Shown: in pieces, positions 37,983-49,870 of the stretch
Numbering within the stretch: position 1 is the stretch's first letter
Layout of the letters: every line of letters starts with the position of its first letter
Assembly (NCBI GenBank): GCA_964199315.1
Contig: OZ116698.1
Location: forward strand, 27,094,001 to 27,158,000
DNA from: Orbicella franksi
Taxonomy: Eukaryota
Length of the DNA: 64,000 bases
Direction: 5' to 3'
Made by a program: the position numbers and the translations under genes
Notes under the pieces: generated by a model
Databases searched by the model: none
What the model was told of the DNA's origin: nothing
The model's input: the letters and a program-made list of their open reading frames with translations, nothing else

Positions 37983-39724
37983 GTTACACCTTTTTTTTGA
38001 TTTATTAACGTTTTCAAGAAAGGTCTACTGAGTAGTGTATTCACTCTTTCTTAGGGCCTGCCCCTCGCGCGGGTCAAGTTTGCTTCCGTGCACGTTTCAT
38101 CTTGTGCGCTCGTCGCTTTGTGTTCTACGATCCAAAATACACGCGAATAGCTAACAAGGAGCTGCTAGCGAGCTCTCTTTTGTGAAAACACACAAGCTAG
38201 CTATGACAGCACCACACTAGCAGCTTGCAATTGTTCTAGGGAATATGGAATAGATCAAAGGGCCTAAAACATTCTCCAAATCAATTTCCTTCCAAATTCT
38301 CTGAACGAATATTGCAGAATCGCAAAATAAGAGGGGTTTAAATTATACACCTTTTGTTGCAGACTTGATGTTGACATTTCAAAATGTTCACTTACAGCAA
38401 TTTGCTAGCAGGCATATCGTAATAACTTTTTGAGCCAAATCGCGCGTTTTCAACTCTTTGCTTCGTTCATACTCAGATATGCCTTTATATCTAGCTCGGA
38501 TCAGAACAGAATGAAACGGCGGAAACTCTAGTTTTTTGACAATTAAAACTATCTATTTTATTCGTATAAAGATATTCATTCTTCCTTTATGTTTTATTGC
38601 TTGTAAAGCAAATAAAAGTGTTTTTCCTCGCCATGACTTCCCGGCGATAACCCGATCCTTCCATATGCATACAGTTCTGCGTTCAAAGACATCTATGTTT
38701 TGACTTCGAGATTTCTGCACTTTGTTTTGCTAATTTATTTTAAAGTCCACACGGTTTTTCTCAAACACTCCAAGCCAAAAACGGAGAAAGTAGAGAGTTC
38801 CAACCCTTTCATGCAGGAGTAGTTGTCCGCTCTTAGTGAAATTAATTGCAACAATGACAAGGAATTATTATCTTGCCTTGCAGGACTAGGATTGGGAAAG
38901 GATAAATTGCAAAACAAAATTAACTAGGGGAATAGATCAAAGCGCATATACAACACTCTCTAAGTCAATTTCCATCAAAATTCTTCTTAACGAATATTAC
39001 GTAATCTACAAAACAAAAGGTATTTTTAAATTGTACACCTTTTAAAGCAAACCTGATGTTAAAATAAGAATTGTTAACTTACAGCAATATGCTTCCGCGC
39101 CATGCCGTAATAGCTTTTCAAACAGTTTGTTCACACTTAGCATGTGCCTTTCTATAGAGATGGCAAGAAATTTTAATTATATCTAGCTCGGACTAGAACA
39201 GAATGAAGCGGCGGAAGCTCTTGTTTTAACAATTGAAAATATCAATTTTATTCTTATAAAAATATGCATTAATTGTTTGCGATTACCCGATACTTCGTTA
39301 TGCAAACATTTCTGTGTTCAAAGAAATCAATGGCCTGACTTTGAGATTTCCGCTCTTTGTTTCAATAACTCTAATTTTTTTCCTTAGTCTACATGACATT
39401 TTTCTATTTTATTTTGGTTTTGGGTCCAAAATACGTCAAGCCAAAAACAGAAATAGATAAGGATCGATTACCTTGGTCTCTCTTAATTACCTTTTTTTTA
39501 TTTTACTGTTTTTACAAGTAGAACAAGAACTCTCATAAGTGGAATTAGTTCGTAAGCCTCACACATACACATTACGGACATATTTTTTTTAGATTCGTTC
39601 AGGCAAGTTAAACCCGGGTATTTTTATTGGCTATGTAAGCGCTCGGTATTGTCTGTAGCGGTCAGCTCGACGATTGTGTTTTTTTTATCAAGCGTTGTAC
39701 ATCAGTTGGTTATCTGTCATAAAC

Positions 39725-40243
39725 ATGAACAAATCCTTTCTGGTCCTTCTCCTGGTCTCTGTCTCTTTGTTTGCCCTGGTTGGGCTTTCTGAGTCGTGGT
39801 TTCGAGGTAGACGCAGCGGGCGAGGCGGACGAGGCGGACGAGGGAGACGAGGCGGTCCCGGAGGACACGGAGGACGAGGGAGATACAGAAGATGTGGCCC
39901 AAGGCAAGACTGTGTTCTTTATGACTGGACCACGTTCGGGAGCTGTTCCAAGACCTGCGGTAGTGGATATGTGACACAGCGGAGGAATATCAGAACGTAC
40001 CCAAGGTGCCATGGCAGACCGTGCCCGTACTCTAGCAGCCCTCAGCGATATAGGACTATTTCATGCAACACTCAATGCTGTCCTGTTAACTGTTTGTGGA
40101 AGTGGAATTCCTGGAGTCCGTGCCAAGGTTGTGGTGTTTCCCGACAAACAAGATCGATGAGTATTACACGAAACCCAAGTTGTGGAGGAACGGCTTGTCC
40201 AAGTAGAAGAAGCGAAACGCGAAGCTGTAATACTGGAGTGTAA
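39725..40243 (+). CDS. Cassette V11 (intact, 172 aa): signal peptide, RGG-rich segment, 2xTSR
   Basis: First ATG at 39725; WFRGRRSGRGGRGGRGRRGGPGGHGGRGRYRRC; donor GTAAGT at 40240. Confidence 0.92.
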   Translation: MNKSFLVLLLVSVSLFALVGLSESWFRGRRSGRGGRGGRGRRGGPGGHGGRGRYRRCGPRQDCVLYDWTTFGSCSKTCGSGYVTQRRNIRTYPRCHGRPCPYSSSPQRYRTISCNTQCCPVNCLWKWNSWSPCQGCGVSRQTRSMSITRNPSCGGTACPSRRSETRSCNTGV

Positions 40244-41238
40244 GTCAGCTTGTTTTCATGTTACTTTTCATGTCACGCGCTCTTCGTTCCTTCGTTTGCT
40301 TTAAATTTTAGCGCCAAAGAGGTCGAAAGAGGAAAGGATTTGGGAAAAAGGGATGTCACGTGTCTGACGGGCCTGCTTTCTCTCCAGCACCTACTAAATT
40401 CTCTCGTACGTTTTTGTCTTTTTTGTCATCACTGCGTTTTGACCGTTTTTCACTCAATTCCAGAGCTTACAACACGCTTCTGCCTGTATGTTAAAGAGGA
40501 ATTCCGAGAATTTAACCTTGAAATGAGAGAATGACAATCGCACTCATCTAAAACCCTCCCGCCAACGAGAATTTCGCATCAAAGGCGCATCTTATGTTAT
40601 AAGCAACACAAAAGCTATTGTCAAACATGAGTATATCACAGTTAAATCAAGAAAATAGCAGTAATTTGTGAGAAAAATAAAGTCCGAAAAGATATGCGGA
40701 CAACACGCATACAGCTACTGTAACGATATTAACCCCAGTTTCACAACGGTCTTAAAGCAATTTTTACCTTAAGACAAATCTCGTGAACTCGTTGTAGGGT
40801 GTATTTGAAAAGAAGTCTAAAGCAAGTCAAATTTAAGTAATACTTCTCATGCTCTATTTTTACCAACTGAACTAGTTTCACTAAATTCGGTTGTTTTTCT
40901 CATTTGTCGATTACGCTTTCCAGTCATCTTGAGAAGACAAATTTAAATCAAACCGGATTTTACATTGTTTAGTTGTGGGGGGCACACGATATGAACAACT
41001 AATTTTTAACCTTCTTTAGTTAAACCACTTTTAAATAGGCTTTATTCGTTGGTGTAAACTTAGTTTAAATCAGTAATAAAACATAAAATAAAATATTTTC
41101 TGGGGATTATCAGATTCTGTAGATTTGCCGAGGCATGTAGAAACGATTAAGAAAAAATTAGGGAAAGGGTATAAAAGCGCCTGGTATCGCATTCACTGTT
41201 CATTTGGAGTGTTCTCCTTTCGCTTCTTGCTCGAAAGT

Positions 41239-41709
41239 ATGAGGAAGATTTTTCTGGTTGTTCTCGTTGTCTCTGTCTGTTTGTCTACCCTGGTGGATCT
41301 CTCGTCGGGGTGGAGCGGCAGCCGAAGACGACGACGCCGCCGATATGTAACGCCAAGCCAAAGACGCCGGAGATCTTGCTCTCCACAAAATTGTTCTTAC
41401 TACTGGTATTCATACGGTAGTTGTTCGCGGTCATGCGGTGGAGGAAGTCAAAATCAAGGAGTTATTATCATAAGATATTCCAGTTGCGGTGGTACACCGT
41501 GCCCGTATAGCCGCTACAGAACTACTTCGTGTAACACGCATTGCTGTCGTGTTGACTGCGCGTGGTCTTGGAACTCCTGGAGTCCTTGCAAGGGATGCGG
41601 CATTTCGAGACAAACCAGAACGATGCGTATTACACGAAACCCAAGCTGTGGAGGAACAATGTGTCCCTTTATTCGAAGCCAAACGCAAAACTGCAACACT
41701 GGCGTGTAA
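41239..41709 (+). CDS. Cassette V12 (intact, 156 aa): signal peptide, two Arg runs, 2xTSR
   Basis: First ATG at 41239; TATA at 41170; donor GTAAGT at 41706. Confidence 0.9.
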   Translation: MRKIFLVVLVVSVCLSTLVDLSSGWSGSRRRRRRRYVTPSQRRRRSCSPQNCSYYWYSYGSCSRSCGGGSQNQGVIIIRYSSCGGTPCPYSRYRTTSCNTHCCRVDCAWSWNSWSPCKGCGISRQTRTMRITRNPSCGGTMCPFIRSQTQNCNTGV

Positions 41710-43760
41710 GTTGCATATTTCTTGTTTATTAGCGTTTCCAAGAATGCTCTATTTAAACATTATACACACTTTTTTTTTACAGCGTTAGTCATTTTGTTCT
41801 CGTGGGAGTTTCCTTTTTGCATTCTTTGCTTTTCTTTCTCCGGTCCAAAATAAGCCGTGTAGATGACAACGAGCTGCCAGAGGACAATTCTTCTACACAA
41901 ATGTACCAGCTATGAGTGCACCACTCCTGGATCGTGCAGGGCTAGGACTGAGACAAGATTTATTACAAAACTGATTTGAGCGATTAGATCAAACGGCCGA
42001 AAACGCTGTCCAAATATGAATCAATTCACGGCAAAATTCTCTGGCAAGATATCGCTGAATCTGAAAATTATTACGCACTTAATAGTTTGATGCAGACTGA
42101 ATCTCCGCATCTCTAGTACTCCAATAAGCACTAACTCAGCATCGATTCAGCAGTGACTCAGCATACAACTCAGCATATTCTTATATATAAGAGTGAAACC
42201 AAATTATATCTAACTTGGAACCAAGAGCTGAATAAAGCGGCGAAAGCTGCCGAAGCTTTTTTCTTTATCGAGGCAAAGCAATCTGGATAGGATAACAACA
42301 CCAAATAGTCCCGTGGACATTTTTGTCGCACTCAAATGCAACTTGCATGTATTGGCGTATTCACTTGAATCAGTATTGTGACGTCAGCGAGAGGAGAGAA
42401 TGATATTCTACTCAAAATGCGAGACGTTCACATTCCTCCTGCTTTGTGTCGGCTTTAGTGAAAATTGACTCAATTGGATGCCAGTATGCTCAAGTAGGAC
42501 ATAAAACTAAGCAAACTCTGTCTAACTGACAAACAAAAGTAAATCATCAGTGTTTGCGTTTTGGCTGAATGCGGCTTTCAAAGTTATCTTAGACATGAGA
42601 AATATTCCGACCTATCGGTTGGACATTCAGTATCTGTGTCAAATTTAGAAAAACTTCGCTGGCAGTAACTTTAGATAACTTTAAGCGAGTGATTTACGAA
42701 AAACCTGAAAAACGGCGTCAATTGAGTAAATCAAGTTACTCGTGTCCGTGAAACGTGTTGCGCAAGAAAGACGAAATGTCGCAATTTACCGCAAGCTTTC
42801 ATCGCAGATTTCACAATACGCAAATCTCTGCTTTTCGCGTGACTAAAACGTTGATTTAGTGTTTGCAACGTTTTTGAACACGAACAGAATCTCCGGCGCT
42901 TTTTCTTTTTATTACTTTTGTTTCTTTCCCGCGCTTTCTCTTCCGAGTGCTCTAGTCTTTGTTCCTTGTCTTCCTTCTCATTTCTCGTTTTCGTCCGCTG
43001 TTTTATGTACGTTTCCTCTTCAATCCGAGAGTATGGCGCGCGCGTCTTTGCCTGACCCTAGTAACGCGAAACTCGGACAACTTAATTGAAATGGAAGAAC
43101 GATGGCTGCATTCATGTAACTGCTGAAACTAATGAACTACGAGAATTTTGAATTCAAATGGCGATAATTAATTTTGTAAACAATACAAAATTGATTACGT
43201 TAGTTCGTTGGTGTCGTCGCCAGTAATTCAAGGAAATGAAGGCAATTTGCAACGGAAGCCAGACATGATCTTTACATATGTTTAATAGGGATATTGGTCT
43301 GTATTTGTTCAGTAACAAAATCCACATCGCTCAGTGTTCCAAGGTTAACGATGTCAACGGGATTTAACAACGCACTGGTGCATTATTTTCTGCCTTTTAA
43401 AGAGTATACCATCTAAAAATGAACTTTTAGCTTATTACCTTACTGATGACAAACTTCGAAAAAAGAAAAAAAAAAAAAAAAAGAACTCTTGTAACTTGAA
43501 CACACAAGTGTGGGTTAAGCTGAGATCAAATTTAATTACTTCCTTTACTCAGCGATAAAAGGGAGATAACAAGATAATATCCGGGGACTTACTCTGAGGG
43601 CATCATCTAAATTTGCAGAGGCATGTTAAAGGCAACCTGCGTCACAGACCTAAAGCAAAGAAAGAAACAAACGGGTATATTTGTACCTGGTACAGCCTAC
43701 TGTGTTCATTGAAAAAGAAAATTCCGTCGAAAATTTTTCTTTTCTCAATATCTCAAAAGC

Positions 43761-44189
43761 ATGAAGAAATTTCTTCTGGTCCTTCTTATCGTTTCTGCAT
43801 TTTTGTGTGCACTGTTTGACGTTTCGGAGTCCTGGCGCCGCAGGCGAAGGAGACGTTGCTATCGACAAAATTGCGCTTTCTACTGGTCTTCATACGGTAG
43901 CTGTTCGCGGTCATGCGGTGGAGGAAAACAGAATCAAAAAGTTGTTGTCACAAGAAATCCGACTTGCGGTGGTACAGCGTGTCCGTCACAACGTTACAGA
44001 ACTATTTCGTGTAACACGCACTGCTGTCGTGTTAACTGCGCGTGGTCTTGGAACTCCTGGAGTCCGTGCCAAGGATGTGGCATGTCGAAACAAACCAGAA
44101 CGAAGCGTATTACTCGAAACCCAAGCTGTGGAGGATTTCCGTGTCCACTAATACGGAGCGAAACGCGAAACTGCAACACTGGGGTGTAA
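43761..44189 (+). CDS. Cassette V13 (intact, 142 aa): signal peptide-W-R7-2xTSR
   Basis: ORF with ATG start; 15 Cys; donor GTAAGT at 44186. Confidence 0.92.
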   Translation: MKKFLLVLLIVSAFLCALFDVSESWRRRRRRRCYRQNCAFYWSSYGSCSRSCGGGKQNQKVVVTRNPTCGGTACPSQRYRTISCNTHCCRVNCAWSWNSWSPCQGCGMSKQTRTKRITRNPSCGGFPCPLIRSETRNCNTGV

Positions 44190-47100
44190 GTTAAGATGTT
44201 TTCTTTTTTTTGTTATTACTTATGTCAGACGTTCCCATTGTGCACACAGTGAACTCTGCTTTTTTGTCTCTTGTTCTCGAGGAGATGTTTCTTGCGCGTA
44301 CTTAGCTTCGCTTCTCGCTCGGAGGTGCAAAATAGGAAGAAACTGCCAACAAGCTTTACCTAGACATTTAGACCAATTAAAACGCACTTAGACACAACAA
44401 GAGAATATGTCTCTCTACACAAACTATCAGAACAAGTTTATTTTTTTTAACGAATTTGGCCAAAATAGCTAGGAACAGTCTGCAGACCTTGAGAGAAAAT
44501 TGCGGACTACTTGCATCGAAAGTGACTGATGCAAGCTTTCTAACATACTTTGATGCACACACACAATACACTTCTGTCACGTACTAGTGAAACGAAATCA
44601 TATTTTGCAACTTGCAACTGAATATGAAAGAATGATCTGGAATGAAGTGACCCTCTGTGATGTTGTGATGCAACTGGTAAAGCTTAAAACTATTTTTCGT
44701 TGAGATGTTGATCTAAAACTTTTCCGCCCCGCGCCAAGTCTAGAAAGCTGACATTGCAGCGAGCATTCGCCAAAATTTTGCTTCCCGTGCGGCAGGTTGT
44801 TTTCGTTTTGATGATAAACCTTTGGTATGTTGAACTCATTTTAAGAAAACTTAAGCAACTACAACAACAAACATCTTAAGTCTCGAGGAAATTTTCAGGG
44901 CTGGTTTTAATCTTTCTCACAAACGAAAGAATACATACGAATTTACAAATTGCGGGCAAATTAAAAATTGAGTGACACAATTTTTTCGGATGATACAAGC
45001 TGGGAAAGTAAATGACAACATTAAATCTTCAACGGACTTAAGGCTAAGGTCATAAACAAAAGCGTAAAAGATGACGGCTTCAGTTTTTAAAGCTCAACAA
45101 ATTTCGACAGTACATAACTTGAGGTATTATTTGAGTGGTCAATAGAAATTCCTCAGTGGATTGTTGCAGTCGGCTTTCGAGGTTATTCCAGTTATAAATA
45201 TAGCGGACGTGTATTCGAACGTTCATTAGTATCAGTCTTGAAAAACACCTGTAGACATCAACTGAAATTATTACCCGCTGAAGCTGACTCCTAAAACTGA
45301 ACCAGTTTTGATCGAATTATGTTTACAGGAGTACGTTACTGATTTTAGGTTAAGAATCTCATTTAAGTACCTCAATCTATGTCATGGAAACTAAACCGGA
45401 TTAATTAATCAATTGCACAAAGGAATTGCGCCAAGATTTCGCAACAACAAACGCAAATTCTTATGATTTTTGTGCGCTCTCAATGCATACGAGCCTCCAA
45501 TCAAATTGGTCCACGGTCATTGCGACACGTTCACTAAACGACGCATTTTCAAACTGCAAGATGACTGACCTAAGGTGACACTTAGATGAAGATACTGTAA
45601 CTCCAAAAACTCACGGACAATTAAAATACGCTGTATTTAACTAGTTTCCTTACAGTAAATTTGGTACAATAACGGTAAAATTAACATAAATCAAGGCTGG
45701 GCTGTTATTTAGTTTTCGGGACGTGATTTCATGATCGGTTTGTGATTGCTACGTGTGTTCCTAAATCTTTGTCCGAACTTGTACTTTGCCAAGCCTGCCG
45801 GCAATCTATTCAACTAGACAAGATGTTTATAACGGTATGTCTTCCTGTGGCGTTGAAATAATATTATGTTAAACGTTAAAAAAACAGATATCAAAATCTT
45901 TGAAGTTAAATGAAACTTTGATTGAAAAATACGCGAGCTCCTCGCGGGAACATTTTTCTCGCGCGTGTTCATCTTGCATTTATTTTTGGCGATCCAACAT
46001 AGAAGGAGAAAATTCTAGTAATCTACTTCTGTTTCAACGTTTTAAGGTATTTGTGAAAGCATATTTTCTTTGAATACTGAAAACCATTGTAGGTTAACAC
46101 AGTAATAAAACATGCACGATACTCTTCCAATCAGTTGCAACTATGGAAATGAGAAAGAAATTCTATTTTATGGTCAATCTTCGACTAAACTAAGTTTTTC
46201 AAACTTACTGATTTTTAGTTTCTAAAAGTTTGTAAGCATTACATGTAACACAATAGACATGAAGAGATTTTAAATCCATAATTTTTGTTGCGTTGGCATG
46301 TGCATTGAATCAGTACTGTAGCGCTTTTAATATTTTGTCTCCAGAATATGTATTTCCAGTATTACTTGCCGGGAAAGAAGGATACAGGGTCATACAGCAC
46401 GGTTGTGAAAATTCAGTCATATTGCGTAACATTTTTTTTGTATATTGGGATTGCGTAATTCAAGGCATCCAAAAATAGAAATTGGAAGTGCAGGTTATTA
46501 GCACCAAGCTTGACAGTCATCAGTAAACAAGAAGCTATATGCAGCCTAAAACCGAGATGTTGGAGCTGAATTGGTTTTTGTTCGCAAAGTCGAGACTTAA
46601 TTGCTTTCTAGTTTTCCGTTCAAGATGGCTTGCGTCGAACTGTGACACTCCCTACTCGAGTGGGTTACATGTATTAACTGCTCAAATTTTGGTTTTCGGT
46701 AAGTCAATCGTCCTTCGTGACCTCTTTAAAACAGACATAATCTCCTTGTAATATATGTCACCCGGTCATTAATTGCAAGAAATCATCACCTGCCAAGTTT
46801 TGTCTCCATTCTTGTTCTGCACTAGCTCGCTCTTACTGCCATGGTGGTTTTTTTTACTGACATACGTTGTGATCTCAGAGCAGATACCGGCAATGGCGAG
46901 CAGCGCTTGACAACACTGTGGGAAGTATAGATCAATGAAAGATTCAACTTTACGAAGAAAAGTCTCTTAGGCCATAGCTATTTAGTCTGTGAACATTGAA
47001 AATTTGATCAAAAACCCTTCGAAAGGAAAGTCACACTTCTATCCGAACAGATTACTAACCGAAGAAGATCTTAATTAACGATAACTCAGGAGAAGGAGAA

Positions 47101-47249
47101 AGCTGTTAGCAAGAAGAAGAGCCATGACCAGTTAGAATTTGAACGAGCAGTGCTCAAGCTGAAACTTCAGTTTGATTTAAAAATAGAGAAATGTAAAAAA
47201 GGAACACACGACAATAGTAAGTGATTTCAAAATCAGTGGAGCACAGCGC

Positions 47250-49870
47250 AGGAAACTTCCCAAAATGGACAGAGATTTGGCTCCGCTTCTGTAAAATTAT
47301 CGACGCTGATCTAGGCAACTGCCGTGGGTAAAAAATTCGCTTATCTCAAGGATATTTTTGGGAATCCAAAGTTAGAGAAGAATTGCCGACTAATGCATAC
47401 GAGGGCGCAAAAAAGCAGTTTAAATTGTAAACTTTGAAAACACATTAAGTGATCGGTGGTTCAAACCAATGGAAGATTCATCAATTTTATGAGACATTTT
47501 TGTACAAACACTAGAAGCGCTAGGAGAATGGAAGGAAGAGAATGGAAACTTACGCATAGACAACCTAGAAGGGTTAAGAGAACAAATGACGACTGGTTTA
47601 CTGGGGCCAATTCGTAGCCGACCTTCGTGGAAGAAAATAGATGGGAAATGGGACAGCACAATCCCGGCTTATCCCGAGGGATGTAATAGAGAAATACTCT
47701 CCTCTGCACTGAGAGCGCCGAACAGTGGTTGTTTGAGTGCAATAGATTGATCCACCCATCTCAAAAGAAAATAAAGATTATCTTTCAAAGACGCCCGCGT
47801 TTTGTCTGAAGTTAGATCACATGCAAGGTCACTGAAAGCAGACTTTGATCACATGTAAAGTCACTGAATGCAGATGCAAAAGAGGATGGTGACATAGCTC
47901 GGAGGCATGATAACATCCCTAGATCTATGACTGTGAGACGGCTAAAAATTCACTGGCAGCTACAGAAAGAGGCATAACTCAGTGGTGTATCCCATTCCCT
48001 CCTTGAGCAGATCGGAGCCAGATCTCATCATTCTGGTACGCGCAAGATAGACGTGATTGTAGGCAGAGTCATCGCATCAAACTACGCTCGCCCAAAGAAG
48101 AATCCGAATTAACAAGGCAGACGACATTAAATTGGACAGAATGCCGTAGAAGAATCCTTGTACAAGAACTTTGTTGAGAAATAAGTGCCTCACAAATGAC
48201 ATTTCAACGTTCCTTAGTTGGAATCTTCTGAAATTGGTCAGAAGGCAGACAAGACCTTCGCTAAGCAGCAACCTGGATATACTTTCAGGGGTAGAAGGCT
48301 CTCTGCTTCTCTTTAAGAAGGACAAGCGTTGAGATGTACTAATTTTTGTATTAACAGCATTGACGGTAGACAACACCAAGAGAGGAATTCCAGTCAAAGT
48401 ACCGAGGAAAGACGAAAAGCGCTAGCACTTGGTGAAAAGCTGTCATATCGGGACACCTTTAACCTAGGAGTCGGCCGATATTAGCAGCTGCCTCCTAATT
48501 TTGACAAACGGTGAAGTCAATGTGAGTAAACATACCTGAAAAAATCCCATTCGTCAGACCACCAGTCCACTGGCAGTGACCAACCATCAGCACAGCCCTT
48601 CGTGTGACTAACGATGCCCTGGAATGGCAGCATTTACAGCTGTTAGAGCTGTAACGCAACCTCCTGGAGTGGGATTGCATGCAGCCAAAGCAAGATTGGC
48701 CAAACAGGGCCTCGCCATTTCATCCGGGAGTTGGTCGCCAGCCACAGGGCCAGAAAGCCTAGCCCAAAACGTTAAACGTGACACTGAAAGGTCACTCGGT
48801 AGGTAAAGTTCACTGCCAGTTAGAAAGTACCGTCGCACCAAATTGTGTAGCGAGGTTGAAGTGACGCTTTTTCTGCGTAACGGCAAGCGGTGGTAAGATT
48901 CAGAGTACGGCTTAGTGACGCGTGTCCTCTAGAGAGAACCCAGCGGACCGGAGGAGCCGTCGAGGACTCGTCAAACATGAAGACGAATTCTGGTAACCTG
49001 CGCCGAAGTATCTGTTGGATCCCAGTGCGTGGCTGGAAGAGATAACCACCACCGGAATCGCAGAAACACTGGCAGGATCTAATATGGAGGGGGAGTTATT
49101 CAAGTTCGCCGTCGACAATGTGGTAGATGAGTTCCACAGACTTAAACAGAACCACTGGCGTGTATTTCGTGTTAGTGTGTGGACTTACAACAGCAGGTGT
49201 CGATATGACCTCAGCGGAAAAGGTACCTACTAGGCTCAGAAAAATAGATTTAGACAACGACAGTATCTTTTTTGGAGATGTCTTTACGGATCCTTCAAGT
49301 TAAAAAGCGGGACGAGTTTCCTTGCCTGTCAGCAAATTTCTCGGCAATTTAGTCGTTTAAACAGAGCACTTTGCTGGAATGCCTTTCCAAGTGCATGGCG
49401 TCAAAAGAGCGATGAGAATGCCAAGCTGAACCTTGATGAGCTGAAAGAAGTCACATGGGATGTTGAGAGTGTTGAAGAGGCTGTGCCAGTACTCACTCAC
49501 ACCTGACTCGATTTGTACACGCAACCAAATCGAGTGCCGAAAATTCAGCCACATGACGAGGAGGGTCCGCAGCTTAGACGACGATGCAAATGCCTGGCTG
49601 CAGAAATGCAAAGATGTTTAGACGTTGGACAAAGGCTTGCTCGGTCTACGAAAACGGCCCCAGTAGAAATGATCGCCATGCGGTGTAGAAATTGGAGACG
49701 AAAATAAGGACAGAGGCAAGTGGAGGCAAAGCACTGCGAACGAGCAATTAGTCTTAGGGTGTGATGGCATCCCGAGGGCTGTTAGACTACAAGCAGGGAA
49801 GAACCATTTGACACGACCCCTTCCACTGGAGCTGTGTTCTGACAGGACCAAAAGGACTGCGGCTGTCATG
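47250..49870 (+). mobile_element. Highly decayed BEL/Pao LTR retrotransposon (gag, RT/RNase H and integrase remnants)
   Basis: Fragments resembling the family: KIHQFYETF (gag), DKTFAKQQPG (RT), AAKARLAKQGL (RNase H), LDELKEVTWDVE and DGIPRAVRLQAGKNHL..PLELCSD (integrase C-terminus). Many stops and frameshifts; LTRs not delimited. Confidence 0.8.

Noticed and set aside
41706-41920. Local exon after V12 giving a hydrophobic, TM-like tail (VVSHFVLVGVSFLHSLLFFL...)
   Set aside because: It is not conserved behind other cassettes, and the hydrophobicity is explained by T-rich non-coding sequence.
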